64,000 nucleotides of DNA from Tubiluchus corallicola (lineage: Eukaryota > Animalia > Priapulida). This document shows positions 38,873-51,160 of this stretch, piece after piece (positions within the stretch are counted from its first letter, which is position 1; every line of letters begins with the position of its first letter). The translations under genes and the position numbers were made by a program. The notes beneath the pieces were generated by a model that had not been told where the DNA came from, did no database searches, and worked only from the letters and a program-made list of their open reading frames with translations. Location of the stretch: NCBI GenBank assembly GCA_030141605.1, contig JAQGDQ010000030.1, positions 851,171 through 915,170 of the forward strand, written 5' to 3'.

Positions 38873-41800
38873 TTGAGTTTAGTTTTTGAGATTCTTCAAA
38901 GTTTGTTTGTTGATGATGTTACTAACACGGATGAGTCTAATTGCTGTGGTTTATGTTACAAGTTGATTACTATTTACCGAATTATTATTCAATGTTCTTA
39001 TTGCAATTCATATTGCCATCGCAGATGTGTATCTATACCAACCTATACTAATAATAATGATCCATTCATGTGCCCGGTGTGTTATGACAATGTCTTTCCT
39101 TTCTCAAAATTAGATGACTCTGATTTACGTAAATTATTATATCATACTAAATTTGAAGATTTTAGCGATCTACCAGATATTTTAAATAGTCAATGTTTTA
39201 CCTTAAATAACTACGATCAGCATGATACCGACACTATAATACCGTCTATTACCTCACAATATTTTTCTCCTGATGAGTTTCATTTATGCATTGATAGTAA
39301 CTCATCTGATTTAACTATGATGCACCTGAACGTTGTCAGTTTAAATGAAGAAAAATTGAACTTATTCACGAATTACTTTCTCCTTTAAGAAACCTTATTA
39401 AAATATTAGGCATTTCTGAGACACGACTGAGCAATGTTTCTGTATCAAATTATGACCTTCCAGATTATTTTGAACTCCTAAGACATGACTCCAGTTTGAA
39501 AACACATATCGGTGGTGTGGGTTTATATATTCATTCTTCATTGACGTACTTTGATAGATCAGATCTTAAGCTTAATGTTAATAACTGTGAAAATTTATGG
39601 ATAGAATTGGACTCAAAACAACATGTTGCAGTGGTAGTTGGGCTAATTTACCGGCATCCAGGCGGTACTTTGGATTCCTTAAAGCGTCTCAAATCTGAAC
39701 TTGAAAGTACAATAAAAATTGTAAATGCGGAACACAAAAAATTATATATTATGGGTGATCTCAACATTGATCTTCTGAAACGTGATAGTCATAATTTTAC
39801 AGCTCAATATATTGATATGTTATTTTCGCAGTTTTGTTACCCTTTAATTACAAGACCAACCAGAGTCAAATCAAAAACTTTAATTGATCACATCTATAGT
39901 AATTGCATAAACACTGAAATTAATTCTGGTATATGCCTTTATAATATTAGTGATCATTTACCAATTTTTGCAACAGTAAAAAATATTAGCGTAACTAGAG
40001 AAAAAAATTACAAAATTCATAAACGTAATTTCAAAAATTTTAATAAACAAAACTTTATAGATGACTTAGAAACTAGTTTCTTAAATTTTGAACAATATCT
40101 TACTTGTAATAGTCCCACAGAATATTATATGTATTTTTTAAATACATTAATTTCTATTATAGATAAACATGCACCATTAAGAATGCTTTCAAAAAAAGAA
40201 TGCAAATTATTAGAAAAACCTTGGATTACTAGAGGAATACTTGCTAGTGTTAGGAAAAAACAAAAAATGTATGTCACATTATTTAAATCTAATGATGTGA
40301 ATAAGCAAAATAGATATAAAACATATGCCAATATCCTGAATAAATTAAAAAATAAAAGCAAAGAACTATATTATATTAAGAAATTTCAGTTAGCTAATAA
40401 AGATATTAAATCTTTATTAATATGTGGAAAATAGTCAATGAACTAGTAAAACTAAAAGCCCAAAAGAATTGTCCTACTAAATTAGTTATTAATAATGAGC
40501 AAATAACCCAGCCCCAGTTAATGGCTGATAAATTTAATAAGTTTTTTGTTGAAGTTGGATCAACATTGGCACAAAATATTCCAAATGTCAATAAGCATCA
40601 TCTTTCGTATTTAACTGGTAATCTCGCTAATGAATTTAGATTTGAACCTACTAATGAAGTAGAAGTGCTTTCATTATTAACAGGACTTAAGGGCAACAGA
40701 GCCCCTGGTGCAGATGGTGTCAGTAATTTTTTTACTAAAATTGCTAGTTACGTCATTTCGAAGCCATTAACTTTTATAATTAATCAATCATTTATTACTG
40801 GTAATTTTCTTGAACAGCTTAAACTCACTAAAGTAATTCCTGTTTATAAATCAAATAGTAAAACTAAGTTATCTAATTATCGACCAATTTCACTCTTAAG
40901 TGTTTTTTCTAAAATACTTGAAAAAATCGCATTTAATCAACTGTCCTCTTTTCTTTTACAAAACAAAGTTTGATATGACTATCAATTCGGTTTTCGAAAG
41001 TCGCATTCAACAGCATTAGCATTAATTGAAATAACCAATAAAATTGCAGAGGCGCTCGATAATGATCAGTATGTCTGTGGTCTGTTATTAGATTTATCAA
41101 AGGCATTTGATACGGTAAATCATTGTATTATTCTTGACAAATTGCATTATTATGGTATAAGACATTCAGCTCAATCATGGTTCAAAAGTTATCTTTGTGA
41201 TCGTCTCCAGTATGTCGAACTAAATGGATGTAAATCCAATACACTTCCAATTAAGCATGGTGTTCCCCAAGGTTCTACTCTAGGACCACTTTTATTTCTT
41301 CTATATATAAATGATATGCCACTAAGTTCCTCAAATTTAATCTTCAGACTTTTTGCAGATGACACAAATATTTTTTAAGTGATTCAAATATAGATAACTT
41401 GGAGAGTGTTATGAATACCCAGTTAAATAAAGTAACACAATGGTTGAATGTCAATAAGCTCTCATTGAATATTAATAAATCTAACTTCATGCTTCTAAAA
41501 AAGAAAAGGAGAACACCATCAAGAAATATAACCATAGTTCTTAGTATTGTTATTGTTGAAAAAAGTCACATGTTAAATATTTGAAAATGTTTCTTGATGA
41601 GCACCTAGACTGGAAGTACCAAATAAGTATAATAAAGCATAAATTGAGTAAAACCTTGGGAATCATCTATAAATTACGCAAGTTTGTTAATAGAGAAACA
41701 CTGATGAAAATCTATTACAGTTTAGTCTACCCATATCTAATATATGGCGTCACGTCTTGGGGCGGTGTATATAAAAGTAATCTGGAAGCTTTACAAATTA

Positions 41801-42100
41801 CCCAGAACAAAATTCTCAAACTAATATATCATGTAAGGTATGACCATCCCACAAATATAATTTATTTGTCTGTTAAAACTCTTGAAGTGAAAGAAATATA
41901 TGACATGTATTGTCTTCATTTCATGTATCACTATCATAATTCACTACTTCCACCAGCTTTTCAGTCATACTTTAGTCCAGTTTCAAATCAACGTGATCAT
42001 TACACAAGATATTCAGTCGAAAACTATGTACTCCCCTTCCAAAAACAAATATAATGAAACAGTCATCAAAATATAATGCTATTAAAATATGGTCATTCAA
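38873..42100 (+). pseudogene. LINE ORF2: PHD-like finger + APE endonuclease + reverse transcriptase, with frameshifts and stops
   Basis: CGLC..CSYC...HRRC...CPVC; ISETRL, GGVGLYI, IYRHP, GDLNID, LIDHIY, SDHLPIF; NYRPISLL, LDLSKAFDTVNH, GVPQGSTLGPLLFLLYIND, FADDTN. Breaks near 39385, 40420, 40971, 41375 and 41580. Confidence 0.92.
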
Positions 42101-42518
42101 AGAATTACCTACTACAACGGTATAATTAACTCACAATTTTACTCATCCTGATCTTAAGTTACTAACAAAACTTATTTTGTGCTAATGTATGCTATAACTG
42201 ATGAAAATGTAATGTTAATTGTCAATTGTTTCACTTATCTGGAGGAGGGTCGAAAGCTAAATGCTCCTTCCTCCTCCTCACAGTAACTCGCATAGTTTAT
42301 TTTTTTCAATGTTATATCAATTTATATGTATGTTTGAGTTGCTGTGGAATAAATTCATAATTCATAAAAAATTCATAGTTCATAAACTAGAGAAATGAAG
42401 TACTGGCTAATTGTGCCCTGGATAAGTGACATATAATCCCATTTTTTGGCCGTTATCAGTATCATAATTAGCGTCGCTATTGTTGTTGCTATCGCTATCA
42501 TTGTCATTTAGTCATGTA

Positions 42519-42686
42519 ATCCCTGATTCCTCAGCAGCCAGTGACTATTAGGCAGCAGAAGTAGTGTGTAGCTGAGTTATACGATTCATTAACACTGCTA
42601 TATACTTTGAAATGGCCAACTGCAATGGCGAAAATGTAATTTTTAACTTCGAATCAGTAGCTTAACGGTAATGGAATCAGGGACTA
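42519..42686. mobile_element. Short MITE-like element just upstream of the NME5 X-box
   Basis: Inverted termini TCCCTGATTCC (42520-42530) / GGAATCAGGGA (42673-42683). Confidence 0.45.
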
Positions 42687-42706
42687 TATTTGCGCAGTAT
42701 TATTTA

Positions 42707-42720
42707 CCTGCTATGGCAAC
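42707..42720. promoter_or_regulatory. RFX X-box-like motif in the NME5 promoter
   Basis: CCTGCTATGGCAAC (reverse complement GTTGCCATAGCAGG) about 145 nt upstream of the ATG. RFX control of ciliary genes is established. Confidence 0.6.
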
Positions 42721-42863
42721 AACGCTTTTTGAGTGAAAATACAAAATTAATGGTTTTTTGACAATTATTGGCTTTCATCTAACATGTGACAGATTTGCCT
42801 CACAAATAACTAAACCATTGTTTTTGCGACCTATACTATTAAAGAGTTGATTTTTCTACAGTG

Positions 42864-43067
42864 ATGAGTAACACGTCATTGCACTCGTACGATGACGAAG
42901 GCAGTTTGGAAATAAAAGCATCGCGCGAAGATGGTGCACCTGAAAGCGAAACTAAACAGCGTACTGTAGTTGTTGAGAGAACACTGTCCCTTATAAAACC
43001 TGATGCTGTAGATAAAGCTGAAGAGATTGAAAGATTTATAGTAGACAGCGGTTTTACTATCATAAAG
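42864..43067 (+). CDS. NME5: Nucleoside diphosphate kinase homolog 5, coding exon 1
   Basis: ...VVERTLSLIKPDAVDKAEEIERFIVDSGFTIIK; donor GTAGTT, phase 0; short acidic N-terminal extension. Confidence 0.9.
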
Positions 43068-43454
43068 GTAGTTAATATGGCTAGTAATACATAGTAATAC
43101 AGTAGTACTAGTAAATAATATTTTTGTGAAACAGTCCTACCTACAATGACATTATTTATAAATAATGATAATATTTGCATTTTCAGTAATAAATTAGCAT
43201 TGTTTTGAATTGTATTATTATACAAATGGTGCAATGAATATGTAATTTCACAGAGTCAAAAGTTTGACAATTCATGTTTATTTTTATTTTTGTTTGTAGA
43301 GCTAAACATGTCTCGTTTATGTCTTATGTGATCAATCAGGATAAATTGTCAAATTGGCCTGAGGTTTTTCAAAGCACTGTTAAACCCACGGCCTTAATTT
43401 TGATTACTGATATGATTCGCTGACCAATAGCACCATACTGTCATCCTACTATAC

Positions 43455-43534
43455 TCTCTCTCTCTCTTCCTTCCTCCCCCCTCTCTCTTCCTCCCTCCCC
43501 CTCTCTCTCTCTCTCTCTTCCTTCCTCCCTCCCT

Positions 43535-43573
<39 letters not shown>

Positions 43574-43583
43574 TCTCTTTCCC
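43455..43583. repeat. (CT)n / CCCT pyrimidine microsatellite in NME5 intron 1
   Basis: Visible. Confidence 0.9.
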
Positions 43584-43626
43584 TTTAAATTCGTTATAAC
43601 TATTACTGTGTATTTTACTTTTCTAG

Positions 43627-43832
43627 AAAAGACGACTTCACCTTAGCCCAGAGCAAGCCAGTGAATTTTATGCTCCTCATTATGGAAAAATGTTCTTCCC
43701 GAGACTAATTACATTCATGTCAAGTGGTGAAATTGTTGCTTTACTTCTTGCAAAACAGGATGCAATATCATTATGGAAAGAGTTAATAGGCCCCACGGAT
43801 TCAGAGAGCGCACTTGAAACCAGTCCAGACAG
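43627..43832 (+). CDS. NME5: NME5 coding exon 2
   Basis: KRRLHLSPEQASEFYAPHYGKMFFPRLITFMSSGEIVALLLAKQDAISLWKELIGPTDS...PD(S); HYGKMFFP is diagnostic of NME5; phase 0 to 2. Confidence 0.95.
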
Positions 43833-44312
43833 GTATAGCTTAAATGCTCTAGATTTGAGGGTCAGTGATTATACATGTAATACACCTATACTATTCAGTG
43901 TTAATAACTGTGGCAAACTTATGAAGTGTGGTTTGAAAATTTCTCACGTATGAAGACAAATTGTATGACAAGAAGCATTAACCAAATCTGAGTTGATTGT
44001 ATGTGTACTTAACACGTTAAACTCTCAACAATTAGTGATAATTAAGCAACAAATGCTCTATGCAAAGCTGATCACAAGGCTGCTTCGAGACACTGTCACC
44101 ACTCTTGGTGTCTTAAGTGCATGATCTTAATCAAGTTAATTAATTAATTTAATTTAATGATCTTAATTAATGGACTGCTGTAATGATTTAATATCAAACT
44201 GTCTGAATGTAACATTGTCAATAATGATTAGTTAATTTAAAAAAAATTAAAATACACAGTTGTTCCATTAAGTCTAATGAATTCGCATATCTATATGTGT
44301 ATATCGTTATAG

Positions 44313-44413
44313 CTTGAGAGGAAGATATGGAACGGATGACATAAAAAATGCGGTACATGGCAGTGATGGCTTCATTAATGCACATCGTGAAATACGCTTC
44401 TTTTTTCCAGAAA
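44313..44413 (+). CDS. NME5: NME5 coding exon 3 (NDPK His motif)
   Basis: LRGRYGTDDIKNAVHGSDGFINAHREIRFFFPE; GTGAGT donor; phase 2 to 1. Confidence 0.95.
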
Positions 44414-44945
44414 GTGAGTATTGTTAAAAGAAGATTCTTGTGAAATCAGTCTTATACTAATAAATAATAATTCACTCTTCCCAAAAAATAAGTCCCTGTT
44501 CCTCTTGTTTGTGATACTACAAAATGAAAAAGTTGGTAAAAATGTTATGCCCAGATGCGCTATATTCGATTGCTGAAAGGTTATAATATATAGTATGATA
44601 TTATGGGTACAGCAAGTGACTCCGCATTTAGCTACGTTTCGTTTTAACAATGCTGAGCATCTAACACCTTTTTTCACTTAAAGATGCACATTTCATTTTA
44701 ATGAATTTTTTTTACTTCACTCAATGCCAATTTTTATTTCATCAAAAACTTTTTTACATAATTTGATGCATTAAAATGGTATTGCATTATTCTGTTCTAA
44801 AATGCACTAGTGATGTAAACAGTGCAATTATTATGCATGTATAGTTGTATACGTTTTGCTTTCCAACTGACGACTAAATGCTAGCTGTTTGTATCAAGCG
44901 AGACCTGGGAGAAAACTTTATGGGAAGGAATTTTACCTGCAACCT

Positions 44946-44959
44946 GTTGCTATAGCAAC
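44946..44959. promoter_or_regulatory. Perfect palindromic X-box (RFX site) in NME5 intron 3
   Basis: GTTGCTATAGCAAC, an exact 14-bp palindrome matching the RFX consensus. Confidence 0.65.
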
Positions 44960-46005
44960 CAGATGAAGTGTCTAGATAAAAATCCCAAGATCAGGGCTTG
45001 GCTTTGACTTTGCGATGTTTATTGTTTAACTGCTGCCTAGACTTGAACATTAATGAAGGGGAAACTAGGTAAGTAGGTGGTTTCAAGCAAGCTAACAGAA
45101 ATTAACCAGTAGAAACATGAGTAAAACTCATACAACATTTAATTTATATGATTTAAGCAGATTGTCTGTGGAACATCTCAATTCCTTTACATTACTTTCT
45201 ATAAAAGCTATAAAAGTCTTGGCTTCATTTAGCGATGTTTTGTTTAATGTCACATTTTGCTGGAACACGTTAGCACCGTTAAGCGAGGACGTATTGTATT
45301 GATAAATTTGCGATACATTAACAGCTGCTGCTGTAGCAAGGCTGTGCAGCAGTCAGAAAAACCAATATGAGACAATTGAGATATTAATAATCGGTAATGT
45401 TTTAATAGGTTCATTTTTCAGCCTACTCTACATAAGCAAAAAAATCAGTTACATCAATAGGCTTGCTCTACTCTCTGTGAAATATAGTTTACAATGATTT
45501 GATATTATGATCAACCAGCAATAGTAAATGAGTTACATCTATCAATACACTAATTTAAATCTTGTTGCTATGAAGGGTTTGCAATTTTAACTGCAAACCT
45601 GTCAGTTTTCCAAAATTTATCTGAATTTTAGTGATAATAACTTTTGCTAAACATTTTGAAAAGTTTGTCAGCTCGGCTTATCCAATCTAATCTAATCAAG
45701 TCACGTTATACAGGCACCCAGAGTATTATAATAAGAAAGTAACTTTTATTAATATTTCAAGTGACAAAATGTTAAAAGACATGTCTCCAAACGTTTAAAC
45801 TGCAGCCTGTAGTTATCTTGAATGATAGATTACACAAACAACCAACCAGTTTTATAGGCAGAGCCTACAGAAATTCATTAGTTATATTAACAGACCTCTA
45901 CAGGTTTAAAGTTTAAAGGCTTTTTTTAATAAGTACTATTATGCAGGATACGACGTAGTGAATCCTAACTTACTACTTCTACTGTAATTTTAAACTACAC
46001 TCTAG

Positions 46006-46124
46006 GTGTACTGGAACCAGTTCCTATTGCCAATAATGCTAGAGATTACTTAGAGCGGAATGTGAATGGAATATTGCTTAAGGGACTTACACAACTTTGC
46101 AAAGAGAAACCACTAGATCCATTG
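46006..46124 (+). CDS. NME5: NME5 coding exon 4 (Dpy-30 domain)
   Basis: VLEPVPIANNARDYLERNVNGILLKGLTQLCKEKPLDPL; phase 1 to 0. Confidence 0.95.
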
Positions 46125-46761
46125 GTTAGTAACCATTTTAACCTTTTTAAGGTAGAATGAAATTTGGAGGCTATATAACCTATATAATACCAACAGACAT
46201 TGACGCTTTTTTCTAGCACATTGTAATGATTACACAAATAATTCATAGTTATTATCACACAAAAGAAACTTATAAATTAAATAACTTGCCTTTTTCTCGC
46301 GAATTTTGAAAGCGTGCATTGTTTCGCAAGTGAACGAGAATGATGGGGTACAGAAAACATCTTTGATTACCAGTGTTTGTTCACCGATCTTTGATGACAT
46401 CGTTGATGACTCATAAAGGTCATTCATCTCGTGCAACCAATTTCCTAAAATTTAAATTTTAGAATTTCATCTTGTGAAAGTATTGTACGAAGTGTGCTAC
46501 AAATTCCTGGTCATGCTAAGAAAATTTTGTAATGTGGTCTTTCTATTATTGATTTATAAAAGTGCTTAAATATAATTATTATCAAATCTCTGAATTACAA
46601 AAATTTCCGTTATTAAGCAATCCAACAAAGGCAACAATACATAAATTTCAATACAAATGGTTGCATTTTTTGTCCTCCAGATTACTTTCAAATGCTGAGT
46701 GCACTTCCAGAGGTCCACAGTATCTGGTTGTTGTCATTCCCTTCCTCGTCAAATAGCTAGT

Positions 46762-47254
46762 TAGTGTGATGGGAGGTTAATAGATTAATCGAATTAATTG
46801 ACATTATAACCATGTATAGATCGATATAATCGACGATTGAACACGTAACCGAGATTAATCGAGATCAAAATATACCTGTTACACACTGACTAAAAGGCAG
46901 TCTATTAGCACAAATAAATGGAATCCTTGCATTTTTTCTTTGTTTTTCTCACCTTACACAATGCACACAACTGTGAATTACAGTGTTGCAAACTTGGGGC
47001 TGCATATTCATTCTCACGTGAGACGTGTGTGACATAGTAAAAGAGTAGTTAATGAATGCGAGTGGTTCTAAGAATATTTTGCGAGTACAAAAATGCCAGA
47101 CAGTGACGAAAGCTATGAAGAAGTTTACAGGCTATATTTCAGTGCTGCAATATTTGAAAAACATGGCTAAACACTAAAAAATTGCCACAAAAGTTCAATC
47201 GTGATGTTGAATTACAAGAATTGAATTGCAAAATTTCAAAATCGCCCACGACTA
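46762..47254. mobile_element. hAT-like MITE in NME5 intron 4
   Basis: Ends TAGTGTGATGGG ... ATCGCCCACGACTA with subterminal AATCG repeats. Flanks TAGCTAGT / TAGTTAGC match 6 of 8, like a decayed 8-bp TSD. Confidence 0.6.
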
Positions 47255-48195
47255 TAGTTAGCTAACTTTGTATAACATGGAAACATTGCTCCATTTATTA
47301 GCAGCTTACGCTTGTTGTCAGCTTGCTAGCGTTTGGATGAAATAAATCAGAATGCACAGCACAGTTGGCCAAGGGCTCATATCTCATAAAACAGCAAGCT
47401 GTAGGACTTCACTGTTAGTCAATGTTTATCAGCAACAAGACTCGGAAAAAACTTCACAGGTTAGATTTGTTCTGTCCATATTCTGCCAGTTGCCCACATG
47501 TTTTAAGTATGTCCTGCTAATCTTCTAGTTCAACATTGGGATTACGAAATACAAAACACAGACTGTAGCTGTATATAACCTTTATTTATTTTGTTTTAGA
47601 TTCAAATCAATACATTTCATACTATATAAAACAAATAAGAGATGCAAATTATAACAATATGTAGTTATATACACAAGATAAAAACTTTTCAAAATGAGCA
47701 CAAGTTAGTTCATATGAAGATGTTATAGTAATGAGCTCCAGTATTAGAAGTATAATGACTTATATCTGTATCAGTTATGCAAGGTAAAATTATATTACTC
47801 TATGTAAAATTCGATTTCTTAGGCTAAAAACACATTTACACAATAAGACCTTGACGGGAGCAAGGTGATTGTTTAGACAAATTAATGTGGACTGTATTCA
47901 TAGACTCATAGTTATAAAACTTTCGGACGGCAGTGTTGTACAAAACACAAAATTTCACTAGACTGCTGTGTTTATACAATAGCCAGACATTAGCAATGCC
48001 TTTATCATCAGTATATAGTCACGTGAGTGAACATACATAAGTGAACTTTACAAGTTACACAGTCGATGAATATTATTTATTTATAATCACTATTAATATA
48101 GTACTTTTTCCTGTGTTGCATGTTCTAAATAAATAAGGACACCACTTCCTTTTTATATTATTATGGATAATTTTAGTTCTGTTTATTTTTTTCAG

Positions 48196-48264
48196 AATTT
48201 TCTTGCTGATTGGTTAGCAAAGAATAATCCTAACAAGCCTATCGTTCAAAATCCAGCAACATAG
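48196..48264 (+). CDS. NME5: NME5 last coding exon
   Basis: TTTCAG acceptor; NFLADWLAKNNPNKPIVQNPAT*; total CDS 699 nt = 232 aa; AATAAA at 48367-48372. Confidence 0.95.
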   Translation, partial: NFLADWLAKNNPNKPIVQNPAT

Positions 48265-49847
48265 TTATCTGCATTCATGTTGTAATTATGAGTGTTAATA
48301 ACAGGGTATGATAATAATAGATGCATTTTTGCATTCTCTTGTATTGAAAAACTAAGGTACTACCCAAATAAATGCTTGTGTGCCTTTGTGTTTTCCAATT
48401 CCGTATTTTTATGTTTCAAGAAATTGTAATTAGTATGCTCGTGTTAGTGTAGTTAGCAGTAATTAAAATATTTATTGGTACTGTGCTCTCAGGGTTAAGT
48501 AGGCATACAGCTAACTCTTCAGTATTTTCATACTCTCTACTCTTTTTGTGTCCCATTGGCAAAGCTCGTGATTTTGCACTATCCATTTACAATAATACTC
48601 ACTAGCTATAATTAAATAGCTTAATCAACATTCTAGCATGAGCAGCCGTTAAAGCTGTAGTAACTTCGTTTGCATGATGCTTCTATTCCATTCGAGTAAA
48701 TTCACATTTCGTAATTCTCGTCTGACTTTCAGAAAAAGTGCAATTGCCTAGATTCAGTTTTGGTGTTTATTACTACGTAAAATGTTTCAAGTCTTTGATA
48801 CCAGAATACCCAACACTGAGGTAATTTATAAGTATTTGTGTAGTTAACATGAGTAATTTTGCAATGTAAATATTTCAAAATTGGTTAACACTAAGTTGGT
48901 GACTGTCAAGACTATGTACTTAAATTGTTTTGTTTGCATTTCAGTTTTCGTGGACATGACTAAGATAAAATAAAATGTAATTTATTACTACTGAATTACT
49001 GCAAGTTGTTAATAATGATCAAACTTAACTTTGCAACTGATAGAGGGCATCAGTTGGATCATCTGATAGATAGGGGCAGTACATACACTAAAATTGGAAT
49101 GATAGAGATTAGTATGGCCACCTGGTGCAAGTGTGATGCACAAATCCATGAAGCGAGCCATCTTTTTTCCTGTGAACAGGCTGTAAAATTTCAACACTGT
49201 ATCAATAAAGCTTACTGTACTGTAATCCTTCTAGCTACGTTATGTTCTAAGGCTTTAATTTCAAACAGCTTTCCTTATAATCAGAAAAGAAAACAATCCA
49301 TAAATTCACTATGTCAGCTTGTTTGTGTCTGATTTATTAAGGTTATTACATTATTAACGTTATTAATATCACTATAGGGAGAACAGCAATTATTAAATCA
49401 ATGAGCTTCCATAATTATATTAAAATTTATTTTAACAAAATAAGTAAACAGTATAATTGTATACATGGAAGAATTAAAAGTAAATTTACAGAAACACACT
49501 GTTTTCAATTTAAAAAAATTAAAATTTAAAAAAATTACAATATAAGGTATTTAAAACATAACAACTGAAATACATAAGTAGGTATGTAAGAACGTACTAC
49601 ACACTCTGTTAGACTTAAACAATGAAAATAAATTTCGATCACTATGGACCGTAAACGTCAAACAAAAAGTGCAAGTATAATATTTTTTCAACCAAACATT
49701 GCAAGTTTAACACCTTTTCTGTTGAAAAACTACCGGTAAATAATGTTGTCATACTAACATACAAACTCTCAAATAGATAAAGTTTTTTACACAGTAAAGT
49801 GAAGTACAAAACACAAGTTGAAAATATATATTACAAACAAATGGTAA

Positions 49848-49928
49848 TAATCACTTGAATTTCTAAGCCAGCTACTTATACGAGTCACTAATCACTTGAA
49901 TTTCTAACCAGCTACTTATACGAGTCAC
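49848..49928. repeat. Tandem duplication, 41 + 40 bp
   Basis: TAATCACTTGAATTTCTAA(G)CCAGCTACTTATACGAGTCAC occurs twice. Confidence 0.9.
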
Positions 49929-51160
49929 TATAATCCCTGATATGGTTGATTTACAAAAGAACTTTAGCTTGATCTGAATGGCTAGGTTTTTCTATTCACA
50001 ATCCAAAAGCAAATAGTCTCTACACAATTGGATTATCTATGATTATCATGTTCCTATATGCTGCAGAGCGAGTGCAAATCTATGGATTCAGACACATTCA
50101 TATTGAGCCAGGTGCACAGATTTTCAAGTACCGTTCAAATCAATTTTATTTTTGAACTTTAAACCTGATTTAGGGTCTGCTATCTATTCCACCAATTCTG
50201 CCATTAAAAGATTTTCTACATTTTACGTATTAAGAGAAACCTACCCTATGGAAATATTACAAAATTTCTCTGGGAAGTACAAAAAGTACAAAAGGTACAC
50301 GAATCTGTCTCTTTGCGTAATTACATGCCACACATCTTTGGTAACCATGCAAACTTTTGAAGTGATAATTGACACGAAAAAGGAACAAAAAAGAGCATTC
50401 TTGGAGTCCATGTAGTTGCAGCCAACTCACATTTATTGTAATTGCAATTACTGAGTAAATTGGAGGTTGTGTGTTTGCCGAGTGAAGGCGATTAAAGTTC
50501 TTATATGCTAAGAAGATAATGAAGCCAAAAATTGTCACTCGAATGACAGTGAAACTGTGTTGAAATATTGTGTTTCCGACGAGGCATTGCATCTCAATAC
50601 ACATCCAGTTACATGTGTGTTAAACCTAATTTTTATATTCACAGACGTTTTTTTACAATGTGCAACTCATAAAAATTACAATGTATTATTAAACCAAGTG
50701 AGTGAGCATAATGTTGCAGAGGTAGCCAAGAGGTTCTGGGTTGAAATCTGGATCAGTCAAACCATGTTGCACACAAATGTTGTAGTTGATAAAATAGACC
50801 CAGAAATGTAAAAATTCAAACAGAAAATTATGGCGAAGATTAGCCAGACTCTTCCTACATTCTACATTCCTCATGCTGATCATAATTATGCAAAAGGTTA
50901 GCAGTTCACTGAACAAACGAGGTTATTCCATGCCAGCTACTTATAACTGTGCTATGCAATAGTTTTGTGTGGACGAGTACCTTTACAATGTAGAGGTGGG
51001 TCGAAAATGGCGTTTCACCCCAGTAACAATATATTTAATGACGTTGCCTTGAAAAATTGCATCACCGATATTATGATAATAGCTTATATATGAACTATAC
51101 TATGACTGAAAAGTAGTTTGTGATGGAAGTTCTAGTTTGCATTTTACACTAGCAAGTGGT

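Larger units (their letters stand above)
36300..42386 (+). mobile_element. Near full-length, inactivated CR1-group (CR1/L2/Crack-like) LINE
   Basis: ORF1-like region, then a PHD-like finger, APE endonuclease and RT. The 3' end is AATAAA followed by (TTCATAA)n at about 42348-42386. The 5' boundary is approximate. Confidence 0.9.

Noticed and set aside
45041-45068. 28-nt AG...GT micro-exon in NME5 intron 3
   Set aside because: As an internal cassette it shifts the frame; only the first-exon interpretation was kept.
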